Positions 8,644 through 17,201 of a stretch of 43,539 nt of DNA are shown here, in pieces (the stretch's first letter is position 1; every line of letters starts with the position of its first letter). Under the pieces are notes generated by a model. The model saw only the letters and a list, made by a program, of their open reading frames with translations, was not told the DNA's origin and searched no databases. Source of the DNA: an uncultured Gammaproteobacteria bacterium (GTDB lineage: Bacteria > Patescibacteriota > Microgenomatia > UBA12405 > BS750m-G30); contig CAZAEB010000002.1 of the NCBI GenBank assembly GCA_964484095.1, forward strand, positions 1 through 43,539, written 5' to 3'. A program made the position numbers and the translations under genes.

Positions 8644-10421
8644 TCATCCCGGGAAAGTTCAACTAATTTTCGACTCCTTAAAGCAAATTTCTTTTCCAGT
8701 TTTTCGATAATTTTTTGGTTTTTTTGTTTTTCTGCTTTGGTAATTTCCAAAAAAAGCTGATTTAATTCTTCTTTGATAGCGGTTTTATTAATTTCTAATA
8801 TGACCTCCTTTATTTCTTTTTCCGGCTCCTCTCCTTGTTTTTGGGTAAGAAAGATTTCTTCGAATTTTGGTTTTAGTTCGTCAGGTAGTAGATTTAAAAA
8901 CTTTCCTGGATCAAATTTGCTTTTTTTAGAAAACTTTCTGGCAATTGAAAATATTCTTTTCCAGCGATGACTTTTAAAAAGCTTTTTGTTTTCCAGGCTT
9001 AGATATTTTTTAGGATTAGCAACAGAAAAAATTAACCCAAGAAGATAGGTTTCTAAAACCTCTCTTCTGGAGTCGGTAACTTGACTGGTTATAGGTGAAG
9101 CAGTGGGCGGGGTAATAAATTGTTTTTGATAGATTTTTTCTGCTTCAATAAGTACCGACTCAGTATCGACTTTTAATATTTTGGCCAGTTTTCTTAAATA
9201 ATGAGACTTAACCACCTCATTTTCGATTCCGGTTAGAAAAGGCAGAGCCTCGGCGAGGATTTTTTTCTTGCCCTCAATAGTTTTTAAGTTATGTTTTTTG
9301 GTCGTTGCCTTGATGACAAAGTCCCAAACGGGAATGGCTTTTTCCATCACCTTTTTTAAATACAGAGGGTTTTTCTGGGCCGCCTCGTCAGGGTCTTTGA
9401 ATTTTTCTTTAAGGTCGATGGCGGTGATTTGTAAGCCCTCCTTTTCTGCCAGCTGAATACTGCGAAGAGAGGCGTTACTGCCGGCAAAGTCTTCATCCAA
9501 AGCCAGAATTAGTTTATCGGAAAATCTTTTAATAAGTTTGGTCTGGTCTTCGGTGAAGGCGGTTCCTTTTATGGCAACAACGTTTTTTATCCCAATTTGC
9601 CAGCAGGATATCAGATCAAGTTCACCTTCAACAACAACTGCTTCATTTTTTTTCTTAATATGGTCTTTTGAGAGCCAGAAGCCGTAAAGATTAGAGGCTT
9701 TATGGTAAGCGGCTGTTTCCGGGGTGTTTATATATTTTCCGGTTTGGTTTTCGTTTTTCAGTAACCCTGGGATAATTCTTCCCGAAAAACCGATGATATT
9801 TTCCCGATGATCACGGAGAGGAAAGATAAGCCTACCTCTGAATCGGTCAATGGTTTTTCCTAGAGTGTAGCTGGAGGCGATTGCCAGGCCAGACTGGATA
9901 ACCTCGCTGGGAGAAAACCCCTTTTTCCCAACAAGGTAGTTGGCCAAGGCATTAGGGTTTAAGGGAGAAAATCCAATTTGAAAAGTTTCAATTGATTTGG
10001 TGGTTATTCCTCGGCCAACAATATATTCAAGAGCTTTTTTGCCTAAAGGATGTTTGGTCAATATGAAGTTATAGAGCCTGGCGGTTTCTTGATTTACCTG
10101 GTATATTTTTCTTTTTATTAGTTCGTTTCCAGAAGGTCTAGTGCGTTTCAGTGTGATTCCAACTCTTTTGGCTAAAAATTCTAAAGCCTCGACAAAATCC
10201 ATTCTTTCGTAGAGTTGTAAAAACTTAATTACATCCCCGGACTCGCCGCAACCAAAACACTTAAAGATCTGCAGTTGAGGAGAGACCATAAAAGAAGGGG
10301 TTTTTTCCCCATGGAAAGGACAGTTTGCCTTATAATTTCTGCCAGCTTTTTTAAGAGTTATATACTCAGAAATAAGCTCGACAATGTCAATCTTACCTTT
10401 TATTTCTTCTATCTGATCCAT
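8640..10421 (-). CDS. dnaG: DNA primase DnaG
   Basis: CHC2 zinc finger [13 protein letters not shown]...CFGCGESGD and a TOPRIM domain ([17 protein letters not shown]). 593 aa. Confidence 0.95.
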   Translation of the reverse strand: MDQIEEIKGKIDIVELISEYITLKKAGRNYKANCPFHGEKTPSFMVSPQLQIFKCFGCGESGDVIKFLQLYERMDFVEALEFLAKRVGITLKRTRPSGNELIKRKIYQVNQETARLYNFILTKHPLGKKALEYIVGRGITTKSIETFQIGFSPLNPNALANYLVGKKGFSPSEVIQSGLAIASSYTLGKTIDRFRGRLIFPLRDHRENIIGFSGRIIPGLLKNENQTGKYINTPETAAYHKASNLYGFWLSKDHIKKKNEAVVVEGELDLISCWQIGIKNVVAIKGTAFTEDQTKLIKRFSDKLILALDEDFAGSNASLRSIQLAEKEGLQITAIDLKEKFKDPDEAAQKNPLYLKKVMEKAIPVWDFVIKATTKKHNLKTIEGKKKILAEALPFLTGIENEVVKSHYLRKLAKILKVDTESVLIEAEKIYQKQFITPPTASPITSQVTDSRREVLETYLLGLIFSVANPKKYLSLENKKLFKSHRWKRIFSIARKFSKKSKFDPGKFLNLLPDELKPKFEEIFLTQKQGEEPEKEIKEVILEINKTAIKEELNQLFLEITKAEKQKNQKIIEKLEKKFALRSRKLVELSRDE

Positions 10422-10426
10422 ATCTT

Positions 10427-10435
10427 ATTTTACCA
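10427..10435 (-). promoter_or_regulatory. extended -10 (TGgTAAAAT) 5 nt upstream of the dnaG ATG (leaderless layout)
   Basis: The minus strand reads TGGTAAAAT-AAGAT-ATG. Confidence 0.5.
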
Positions 10436-10515
10436 TTACTGACAATCCAGTCTCTGTTTATTATTAGGGGAGTTGAATGTCGTTCGGTTCGTTTTGTCTA
10501 AGTGATGGCTATTTA

Positions 10516-11130
10516 TTAAATTAAATTACGAACTTGATTTAGATTTGTAATGGTGGGAGCCAGGGGATGTTTAGCAAAATCTTTTCTGTTGATCCAGACT
10601 GCCTTTGTTTGAGTTTTTTTAACCAATGTTTTTATTACCTCCCAGTCATCATCAACGATTATTGATTTGGAGGGCAGTAACTTTAGCACTTTAAGAGATT
10701 GTTTTTTTCTGAAGACAAAGATTATTTTTTTGTTAAAATAGTCTTTTATTTCAGAAAGGGTTATTTTGGCTGTTTGAAATTTTTTACCGCCTTCCGAAAA
10801 TATTCCCAAATTTGCCTTTTTGGACAGAAAGCCCAGGGCGGTTTTTATTTCCGGATAAAGAGATTTTTTATATAACTCGCTTTTTTTGAAAAATATATCG
10901 TTTAATATTTCTTTTTCTACTCTAAAATATTGACTTAACTGCTTGATATAACTGCTAGGTCTAAAGTCGTGGGGATGGCTTAAGTTTTTTATATATCTGT
11001 TTTCAGCGTCGGCAAGCAGTTTTTTATTTATTCCAATAGTAGAAATTAAGGCGGCGGACGTTTGTTTTTTAAGTTTGTTTGTGTCTATTAAAGTATGGTC
11101 AATGTCAAAAAGGATGATTGGCTTATTCAT
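10516..11130 (-). CDS. HAD-superfamily hydrolase
   Basis: DxDxT motif (ILFDIDHTLID) and a C-terminal DD motif (IIVDDDWE). Start moved to ATG 11130, because the ORF-track TTG at 11145 lies inside a TGGTAAAAT -10 element. Confidence 0.7.
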   Translation of the reverse strand: MNKPIILFDIDHTLIDTNKLKKQTSAALISTIGINKKLLADAENRYIKNLSHPHDFRPSSYIKQLSQYFRVEKEILNDIFFKKSELYKKSLYPEIKTALGFLSKKANLGIFSEGGKKFQTAKITLSEIKDYFNKKIIFVFRKKQSLKVLKLLPSKSIIVDDDWEVIKTLVKKTQTKAVWINRKDFAKHPLAPTITNLNQVRNLI

Positions 11131-11135
11131 ATGAT

Positions 11136-11144
11136 ATTTTACCA
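11136..11144 (-). promoter_or_regulatory. extended -10 (TGgTAAAAT) 5 nt upstream of the HAD hydrolase ATG (leaderless layout)
   Basis: The minus strand reads TTGGTAAAAT-ATCAT-ATG, the same element and spacing as at dnaG. Confidence 0.5.
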
Positions 11145-11168
11145 AAACTTTTTTTTGTTAAACAAAAT

Positions 11169-11960
11169 TTAGACCAGTATAAAAAGAATTGTCAGTACTC
11201 CAAATCCAATTACAAATATTCCAAAATTAATCTTTTGGGCTAGCTTTAAAAGAAGATGAATAGTGGCAAGTCCAAATATAAAAGAAGAGAACAGTGCCAG
11301 GCCGTTGCCGGTGCTGATCGTAAAGTCTTTGCCGTTTAAGATAATATTGCCGGCAAGAACAACAGGTAAACTCATAAGAAAGCTTAATTTAAGAGCAGTT
11401 TTTTTATCAAACTTTTTAAAAAGTAGCGCGGAAACAGTTGTTCCTGACCTAGAAAGGCCGGGAAAAGAAGCTAGGCCTTGAACTATTCCCAACACCACTC
11501 CATCAATGGTTTTTAAATCTTTAATTTTTCTTTTTCCCGAATTTTTTGTTTTTAGCTGTAAACTTCCGGTAATAATCAGAAGAACTCCAATTGCGCCAGA
11601 GATTATTTTTCCCATCGTTTCTAAATTTATAGGAGTATCCTCAAGTAGTTTTAAAAACAGACCGCCAAGAATTCCGGAAATTATTGTTGATATGATCAGA
11701 AAAAATAAAAGACTTTTTGTTTCCTTGCTGGCTTTATTAAAGTTTAAAACTGATCTTGAAAGATTTATCACATCTTTTCTAAAGTAAACAAGAGCGGCAA
11801 AAAAAGTTCCCAGATGTAAAAAAAGAACTTGCTTGATTATTTCCGGCAGAGGTTGGCTGGAGTTTAGGATATTTATTTTTATCAAAACTAATATTCCTTC
11901 CGAACTTACCGGAAGCCATTCAATAATACCTTGAACTGCTCCTAAAATTATTTGTTCCAT
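11169..11960 (-). CDS. uppP: undecaprenyl-diphosphate phosphatase (BacA/UppP)
   Basis: The conserved motifs EWLPVSSEG and PGLSRSGTT. A polytopic membrane protein of 263 aa. Confidence 0.9.
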   Translation of the reverse strand: MEQIILGAVQGIIEWLPVSSEGILVLIKINILNSSQPLPEIIKQVLFLHLGTFFAALVYFRKDVINLSRSVLNFNKASKETKSLLFFLIISTIISGILGGLFLKLLEDTPINLETMGKIISGAIGVLLIITGSLQLKTKNSGKRKIKDLKTIDGVVLGIVQGLASFPGLSRSGTTVSALLFKKFDKKTALKLSFLMSLPVVLAGNIILNGKDFTISTGNGLALFSSFIFGLATIHLLLKLAQKINFGIFVIGFGVLTILFILV

Positions 11961-11983
11961 AATGTTATTAGGGGAATGCCCGT

Positions 11984-12229
11984 TTATTTATATAATTTTC
12001 TTTTCCAGCAGGAAATAATTATCCAGGAGTCGGCGTCTTTTCTTTTAGCAGTGATGCCAACTTCGTAGCTTTTCAATGTTTTTATGTAATTTTTGCAGTC
12101 GGGAATAGAGGAATCTTCCGATCGTTGGTATTTTTCAAAAGCTCCTTTTAAATCTCCCTTGGATAGATTATGGAGTTTTGCTTTAGCAAGAACCCTGTTG
12201 GTTAAAATTGCTTTGGAAAAACTTGGCAT
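11984..12229 (-). CDS. hypothetical small basic protein
   Basis: 81-aa ORF. Its ATG overlaps the stop of the upstream gene (TAATG). No confident family assignment. Confidence 0.4.
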   Translation of the reverse strand: MPSFSKAILTNRVLAKAKLHNLSKGDLKGAFEKYQRSEDSSIPDCKNYIKTLKSYEVGITAKRKDADSWIIISCWKRKLYK

Positions 12230-12918
12230 TACAAAGCGATTCTAACATTTCCGGTTGATTTTTTCCGAAATAGTTTGATTAGCCATCCAAACATACTGGG
12301 AGTATCTTCTTCTTGGTCTATTTGATTCTCAAGAGCGGTGTTTTGTTCAATTAAGGCCTCAACAGTTTCCTGAACTTGGGTTTCTTCTGCCTTATTGACA
12401 ACTTCTGTTTTTAGTTCTTTTAGTTTTTTCACTCTCAGCTGGTTTTGAATCAGCTCTTGTTTGAGGTTGCCAACTGCTTTTAAATCCGGACCAATAAGCT
12501 TTTTTAAAAGTCCCGATCTAGAGGCCATCTTAATCGTTTGGGTCTGGATTTTTTCCTGGGCTTGGTTTTGCAGTCTAGCAATTTCCCTAATCTCTTGACC
12601 TATTCCTCCTTGCCTATCTTCAGAAGCTAAAAGCTCTTTTACTTTCTGAGAAACAATACTCATTTTTTCCTGGGCATTGGTAGATAGTGTTTGTATTTTT
12701 GGTTGACCCTTAGCCTGGCCTTGAGAAGTGGTCTCTCCGTCATCGTTTTCATTAGAAATAACAGACGTGTTTGTTTCTTCAACTTGAACATTTAATTCAC
12801 TGCTTTCGCCGGCATTCTGTGTTTTTACTTTCTTGATTAGCTGTGTGTTTTGAGCGAAAATTGGAGAGGCGGTGAGTAATAATATGCCAAAAGCTAAAAT
12901 CAAAGATAATTTTTTCAT
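12229..12918 (-). CDS. secreted coiled-coil protein (hypothetical)
   Basis: Signal peptide MKKLSLILAFGILLLTASPIFAQ followed by a Q/E/K-rich coiled-coil sequence. An SD-like AAGGGGA lies upstream. Confidence 0.5.
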   Translation of the reverse strand: MKKLSLILAFGILLLTASPIFAQNTQLIKKVKTQNAGESSELNVQVEETNTSVISNENDDGETTSQGQAKGQPKIQTLSTNAQEKMSIVSQKVKELLASEDRQGGIGQEIREIARLQNQAQEKIQTQTIKMASRSGLLKKLIGPDLKAVGNLKQELIQNQLRVKKLKELKTEVVNKAEETQVQETVEALIEQNTALENQIDQEEDTPSMFGWLIKLFRKKSTGNVRIAL

Positions 12919-12948
12919 TTTTTCCCCTTTTAAACTTATATTTTAACC

Positions 12949-12957
12949 AGTATATCA
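12949..12957 (-). promoter_or_regulatory. extended -10 (TGaTATACT) for the secreted coiled-coil protein operon
   Basis: The minus strand reads TGATATACT, followed by a ~30-nt leader carrying an AAGGGGA Shine-Dalgarno. Confidence 0.45.
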
Positions 12958-12978
12958 TGAGACTGTTATGTAAATTTT

Positions 12979-12987
12979 TGGTAATAT
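12979..12987 (+). promoter_or_regulatory. extended -10 (TGgTAATAT) 6 nt upstream of the HIT gene ATG (leaderless layout)
   Basis: TGGTAATAT-ACAAAT-ATG. Confidence 0.5.
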
Positions 12988-12993
12988 ACAAAT

Positions 12994-13431
12994 ATGGATT
13001 GTCCCTTTTGTATTATCGATAAAAAACAAACAGAAATTATTAAAGATGGTAAATATTTTTATGTTACTTTAAGCAACCCTCGTCTAGTTCCCGGCCATCT
13101 TTTGATTATCCCCAAAAGACACATCGAGAAAATTTCCGAATTGACCAAAAAAGAGAGGGAGGAGCTTTTTGAACTGATAATTGAGTTTCAGGAAAAAATT
13201 CTTAAAAAATTTTCTTCCGGCTGTGATTTAAAACAACATTATCGACCGTTTATTAAGCAAAGTTGGGTTAAAGTGAGTCATTTACATTTTCATTTACAGC
13301 CTCGAGAATTCAAGGATGAACTTTATGAAAAATGTCAGCGGTTTGAAACAGAAAAAGGGATTTTTAAAATGCTGACCAGTAAGGAAAGAAAAAAATTTGT
13401 TAAATTGTTTGGTTGTGCGAAAGAGAAGTGA
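12994..13431 (+). CDS. HIT (histidine triad) family nucleotide hydrolase/transferase
   Basis: Histidine triad HLHFHLQP near the C-terminus and the N-terminal CPFC plus PGHLLIIPKRH motifs. Confidence 0.85.
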   Translation: MDCPFCIIDKKQTEIIKDGKYFYVTLSNPRLVPGHLLIIPKRHIEKISELTKKEREELFELIIEFQEKILKKFSSGCDLKQHYRPFIKQSWVKVSHLHFHLQPREFKDELYEKCQRFETEKGIFKMLTSKERKKFVKLFGCAKEK

Positions 13432-13434
13432 AAA

Positions 13435-14607
13435 TTGTTTAATATCAACAAACTTTCTCATGATCAAAGTCTGGCCTTAGACGGGTTGGTGGAGTGGTAC
13501 AAAAAAAGAGGAGACTCTCCATTTATCACTCTGGGAGGATTTGCGGGAACCGGTAAAACTACTTTGATTTCTGTTTTTCGAAAAAAGCTGGATAAAAGAG
13601 ATAAAAAGCTTAGAGTCGCCTTTGTTAGTTTTACCGGCAAAGCTTCCAGGGTGCTCCGCTCAAAACTGGTTGAAACAAAATCTTTGCATCTTCAAGACTC
13701 GGTAAGCACGATCCATTCCCTTATATACTCTCCAATTGTTAATGAAAGGGAAGAGATTATCGGTTGGGAGAAACGAGAAGAAATAAAGTATGACCTTATC
13801 ATTATTGATGAGGCCTCGATGGTGGACGGGTCAATTTGGGCAGATCTTTGCTCTTATCGAATTCCAATTATTGCAGTTGGTGATCACGGTCAACTGCCGC
13901 CGATAAGAGAAGAATTTAACCTAATGGAAAAACCGATTTTAAAACTGGAGCAAATTCACAGACAAGCTAAAAATAATCCAATAATTAAGCTTTCTATTTT
14001 GGCTCGGGAAAAAGGAGAAATACCGAAAGGGGATTATGAGCGAGGGGTGAGAAAAATTAGCAGGAGCGATCCGCAGTCTCAAGATTTAATTAATGACCTT
14101 TTGGGCAATCACAACAAAGAGACTTTGATTTTATGCGGCTATAATTCAACAAGAGTTAGGTTAAATAGACATATAAGAACTGCTTTGGGCTTTGAACTTG
14201 AGGAGCCGCAGATTGGTGACAGGGTGATCTGCCTACGAAACAATCATGCTAAAGAAATATGCAACGGAATGTTGGGAACTGTTCAGTCGGTTATTGGCGG
14301 CAACAAAGACTGGTTTTCAATGGAGGTTGAGATGGATGGAGAAAAAAATCCATACAGTGGCCTGGTTGCCTCCACTCAATTTAACGCCTCATCGCCGCTA
14401 AACTTTACCAAAAAAAGGTCGGGGACCTTAAAAACCGATCTTTTTGATTTTGGCTATGCCCTAACTGTTCACAAAGCCCAGGGCAGTCAGGCCAAAAGGG
14501 TAATTCTTTTTGAGGAAAGATTTAAACAGATGGATGAGAGAATGTGGAGACGATGGCTTTATACTGCTGTTACCAGGGCAGAGGAGGAGCTTTTTATTAT
14601 TGGCTGA
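13435..14607 (+). CDS. SF1B RecD/Dda-like DNA helicase
   Basis: Walker A GGFAGTGKTT, Walker B IIIDEASMV, GDHGQLPPI, and C-terminal ALTVHKAQGSQ and YTAVTRA motifs. A TTG start is the only possibility (no in-frame ATG before Walker A). Confidence 0.8.
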   Translation: MFNINKLSHDQSLALDGLVEWYKKRGDSPFITLGGFAGTGKTTLISVFRKKLDKRDKKLRVAFVSFTGKASRVLRSKLVETKSLHLQDSVSTIHSLIYSPIVNEREEIIGWEKREEIKYDLIIIDEASMVDGSIWADLCSYRIPIIAVGDHGQLPPIREEFNLMEKPILKLEQIHRQAKNNPIIKLSILAREKGEIPKGDYERGVRKISRSDPQSQDLINDLLGNHNKETLILCGYNSTRVRLNRHIRTALGFELEEPQIGDRVICLRNNHAKEICNGMLGTVQSVIGGNKDWFSMEVEMDGEKNPYSGLVASTQFNASSPLNFTKKRSGTLKTDLFDFGYALTVHKAQGSQAKRVILFEERFKQMDERMWRRWLYTAVTRAEEELFIIG

Positions 14608-14608
14608 T

Positions 14609-14637
14609 TTGACAGTTAATTTTGGGTTCTATATCAT
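14609..14637 (+). promoter_or_regulatory. sigma-70 promoter TTGACA-N17-TATCAT, with the -10 ending 6 nt before the ATG (leaderless layout)
   Basis: TTGACA at 14609-14614 and TATCAT at 14632-14637. The ATG is at 14644. Confidence 0.55.
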
Positions 14638-14643
14638 AAAAAT

Positions 14644-14973
14644 ATGATCGCAAAACTACTAATAAACGTAATCGCTTTTTATGTCGTTTCTTATCTTATC
14701 CCAGGGGTGAGAATTGCCAACTGGCAGGCGCTTTTGGTTCTGGCGGTGGTTTGGGGAGTACTGGCGGCAATTATCAGACCGATTTTAGTAATACTCACCT
14801 TGCCAATTAATGTTGTTACCTTAGGTCTTTTTGTTTTTGTAATAAACGCCGGGCTACTACTTCTGGCGGCAAAGGCAATTGAAGGGTTTGAGATTGCTGA
14901 CTTTACCACTGCCCTGATTGCGGCAGTACTACTAGCAATTTTGAATATGTTTCTCTCAAAGCTGAGTAAGTAA
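14644..14973 (+). CDS. DUF360 / phage-holin-4-like small membrane protein
   Basis: 109 aa with 3-4 TM helices. The LIPGVRI...ALLVLAVVWGVLAAIIRPIL pattern is typical of the YvlD/DUF360 family. Confidence 0.65.
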   Translation: MIAKLLINVIAFYVVSYLIPGVRIANWQALLVLAVVWGVLAAIIRPILVILTLPINVVTLGLFVFVINAGLLLLAAKAIEGFEIADFTTALIAAVLLAILNMFLSKLSK

Positions 14974-14979
14974 TTTTTA

Positions 14980-15627
14980 TTACTGATTTAGCTCGTCCAT
15001 TATTCCTTTTACTTCTTCCATTTTCTGGTTTATCTCTTCCTGGCTGTCGTTTTCAGAAAAGGTCTGGGAAAACTCTTCCGCTTTTTCCAAAAGATCGGTC
15101 ATGTCTTTAAATTCGACATCATCAGGAGGAGTAAAAATACTGTCGTTTTTACCCACGGCATTGCAGGAGTATTCATACTTTTCTTGAATGGCCTGAGCCC
15201 AGACTTGTGGGTCGACTTGCGACGGCTGGCTGGTGTCTTGAGAGTCAGCACTTTCAAAAACGGAAAGCTTGTATTTTATTCCCGACTTGTCACTGTCCTG
15301 CCAGATATATAAATACTCACCGTCATTTATCATTCCTCCTTTTTGGTCTCCCTGAAGACCGAAACTAGCCCCTTGGGCTCTCATTTTTCCGCTTTTGGCC
15401 CAGAAAGTTATCTCTCCGTTTTCATCGCTGTATTTGCACTCCCTTGTGTCATTTCCCAAAAGAGCGTCAACAAGTCCGGTTTTTGGAACCAGATCAGCAT
15501 CTAATCCGGTAGGATATTTGGGCTTTTTGTTTAGAAACTGAAAAGCGATAACAACAATTACCAATCCGCCAACAACAAGTAACCACTTGGGAGAAGCTTT
15601 CTTTTCTTTATTATTTTCTTTTTCCAT
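14980..15627 (-). CDS. membrane-anchored hypothetical protein with acidic C-terminus
   Basis: 215-aa ORF with a single TM helix (WLLVVGGLVIVVIAF). No recognisable catalytic motif. Confidence 0.5.
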   Translation of the reverse strand: MEKENNKEKKASPKWLLVVGGLVIVVIAFQFLNKKPKYPTGLDADLVPKTGLVDALLGNDTRECKYSDENGEITFWAKSGKMRAQGASFGLQGDQKGGMINDGEYLYIWQDSDKSGIKYKLSVFESADSQDTSQPSQVDPQVWAQAIQEKYEYSCNAVGKNDSIFTPPDDVEFKDMTDLLEKAEEFSQTFSENDSQEEINQKMEEVKGIMDELNQ

Positions 15628-15688
15628 AAAAATATATTAATTTATAACTCTAAAAAGATTATCTCATAAAAGAAAAAAAGGTTCAATC

Positions 15689-15716
15689 TTGACTTCGGGT
15701 TTTGTTAGGGTATTAT
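15689..15716 (+). promoter_or_regulatory. sigma-70 promoter TTGACT-N16-TATTAT, with the -10 ending 6 nt before ATG 15723 (leaderless layout)
   Basis: TTGACT at 15689-15694 and TATTAT at 15711-15716. The ORF-track TTG start (15702) lies inside the spacer. Confidence 0.55.
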
Positions 15717-15722
15717 TTTATT

Positions 15723-15977
15723 ATGATTTCCAAAGTTTCTACCCCTGTTTCTGTTGAAGTTTTATTTGATTGTAAAAAAAGAAAAATTTTTATTCGTTCC
15801 ATTTGCTGGCAGGGAAAAACTTATCCTATTTTAACCCAGGGATTCTATCACCACTATCGGAAAGGCAGATCCTTGATTCATGTTTTTTCTGTTGCCGACC
15901 GGAATTTATCTTTTCGTTTATCTTTAAATTCTGAAAGCTTGGTTTGGACCCTGGAAGAGGTTTATGGTGATTGCTAA
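15723..15977 (+). CDS. small conserved-looking hypothetical protein coupled to the Y-family polymerase gene
   Basis: 84 aa from ATG 15723. W..GK.Y.I...H...G..L.H.F.V...F.L...W.L.E pattern. The stop overlaps the first ATG of the dinB-like frame by 14 nt. Confidence 0.5.
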   Translation: MISKVSTPVSVEVLFDCKKRKIFIRSICWQGKTYPILTQGFYHHYRKGRSLIHVFSVADRNLSFRLSLNSESLVWTLEEVYGDC

Positions 15978-17197
15978 CGATCAGTCTTTCAGTAAAAAGC
16001 CGTCTACTAAGATGCACTTGGATATAAACTCCTGCTTTGCAACGATAGAACAGCAGGCCAACCCTCATCTTCGTGGCTGGCCTATAGCTATAGCTGCTTA
16101 CGATTCACCAGGAGGTTGTATTGTTGCTCCGTCAACAGAAGCAAAGACTTTTGGGGTTAGAGTAGGGATGAAAGTAGCTGAAGGCAAAAAGAGCTTGCCT
16201 CGGTTTAGAGGTTTTAACTCCCGATCCAGACAAATACCGATTTGTACACCTGAAGCTTAAAAGACTTCTTTGGGGCTATAGTGAAAAAGTTATCCCCAAA
16301 TCAATCGATGAGTTTTGCTTGGATCTTGAAGGATATCCGTCTTTTAAAAAGGGAATGTTTGCGGAAGCAAGGGAGATAAAAAAGAGAATAAGTGAAGAAA
16401 TTGGCGATTGGATCACTGTTTCTATTGGGATTGGCACTAACCGGTTTTTAGCCAAAACTGCCGCTGGACTTACCAAACCTGACGGCTTGGATGAAATTAA
16501 CTTTAAAAATTTTATGAGTATTTACAAAAAGCTTTCTTTGCGTGATTTTTGTGGGATTAGTTTTGCCAATGAAAAGCGTTTAAGGGAAGTTGGGATATAT
16601 AGCGTGGTTGATTTTTATAATGCTCCAGTTGGAAAATTAAGGTCAGCATTTAAGTCTGTTTTGGCTGATTTTTGGTTTTTACGACTCCGGGGGTGGGAGG
16701 TTGACGATATTGAAACTGAGCGAAAAAGTTTTGGTAATTCATATTCCTTGCCAAAGCCGCTTTGTAGGCCTGATGATCTGGCGCCAATTTTACAAAAGCT
16801 GGTTTTTAAGACCGGAGCAAGAATGAGAAAAAAAGGTTTTAAAGCCAAAGGTATCTCTCTGGCAGTCTTTTACCGTGACCGGCCCTTTTGGCACAAGTCG
16901 GTTACTTTTCAGCAATATTTTTTTGCTACAACCGATATTTATAAAAAAGCTTTTGAGATTTTGTCCCAGTCGCCGTTTAAAAAGCCGGTTAGCAAGCTGG
17001 CTGTTTCCTGTTTTTCTCTGGCTAAAATTGACAAGATACAGCTTGGTCTTTTTGAAAACACCGGCAGAAAAATAAATTTAGTAAAAGCAGTTGATAGAGT
17101 AAATAAAAAGTGGGGAGATTTTTGTCTAATTCCTGGTCTTATGATCAATACTGATAAGTTTGCCGTGGACAGAATTGCTTTTGGAGGAGTAAAGTAA
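15964..17197 (+). pseudogene. dinB: Y-family DNA polymerase IV (dinB-like) interrupted by a +1 frameshift near the A5 run 16186-16190
   Basis: The N-terminus (MHLDINSCFATIEQQANPHL...GVRVGMKVAEGK) is in the frame of 15964 or 16012 and ends at TAA 16258-16260. The rest (ACLGLEVLTPDPDKYRFVHLK...SIDEFCLDLEGY... to 17197) is in the +1 frame, which is open from 16178. Confidence 0.8.
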
Positions 17198-17201
17198 AAA
17201 T

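Noticed and set aside
13429-13437. The HIT gene and the RecD/Dda-like helicase gene are in the same reading frame, separated only by TGA-AAA-TTG. This could suggest TGA read-through or recoding that yields a HIT-helicase fusion.
   Set aside because: Sharing a frame has a 1-in-3 chance. TGA clearly terminates several conserved genes at their expected lengths here (dnaG, the HMG-CoA synthase, the 115-aa ORF). No recoding signal or downstream structure is visible. Separate genes with a TTG start for the helicase is the simpler reading.
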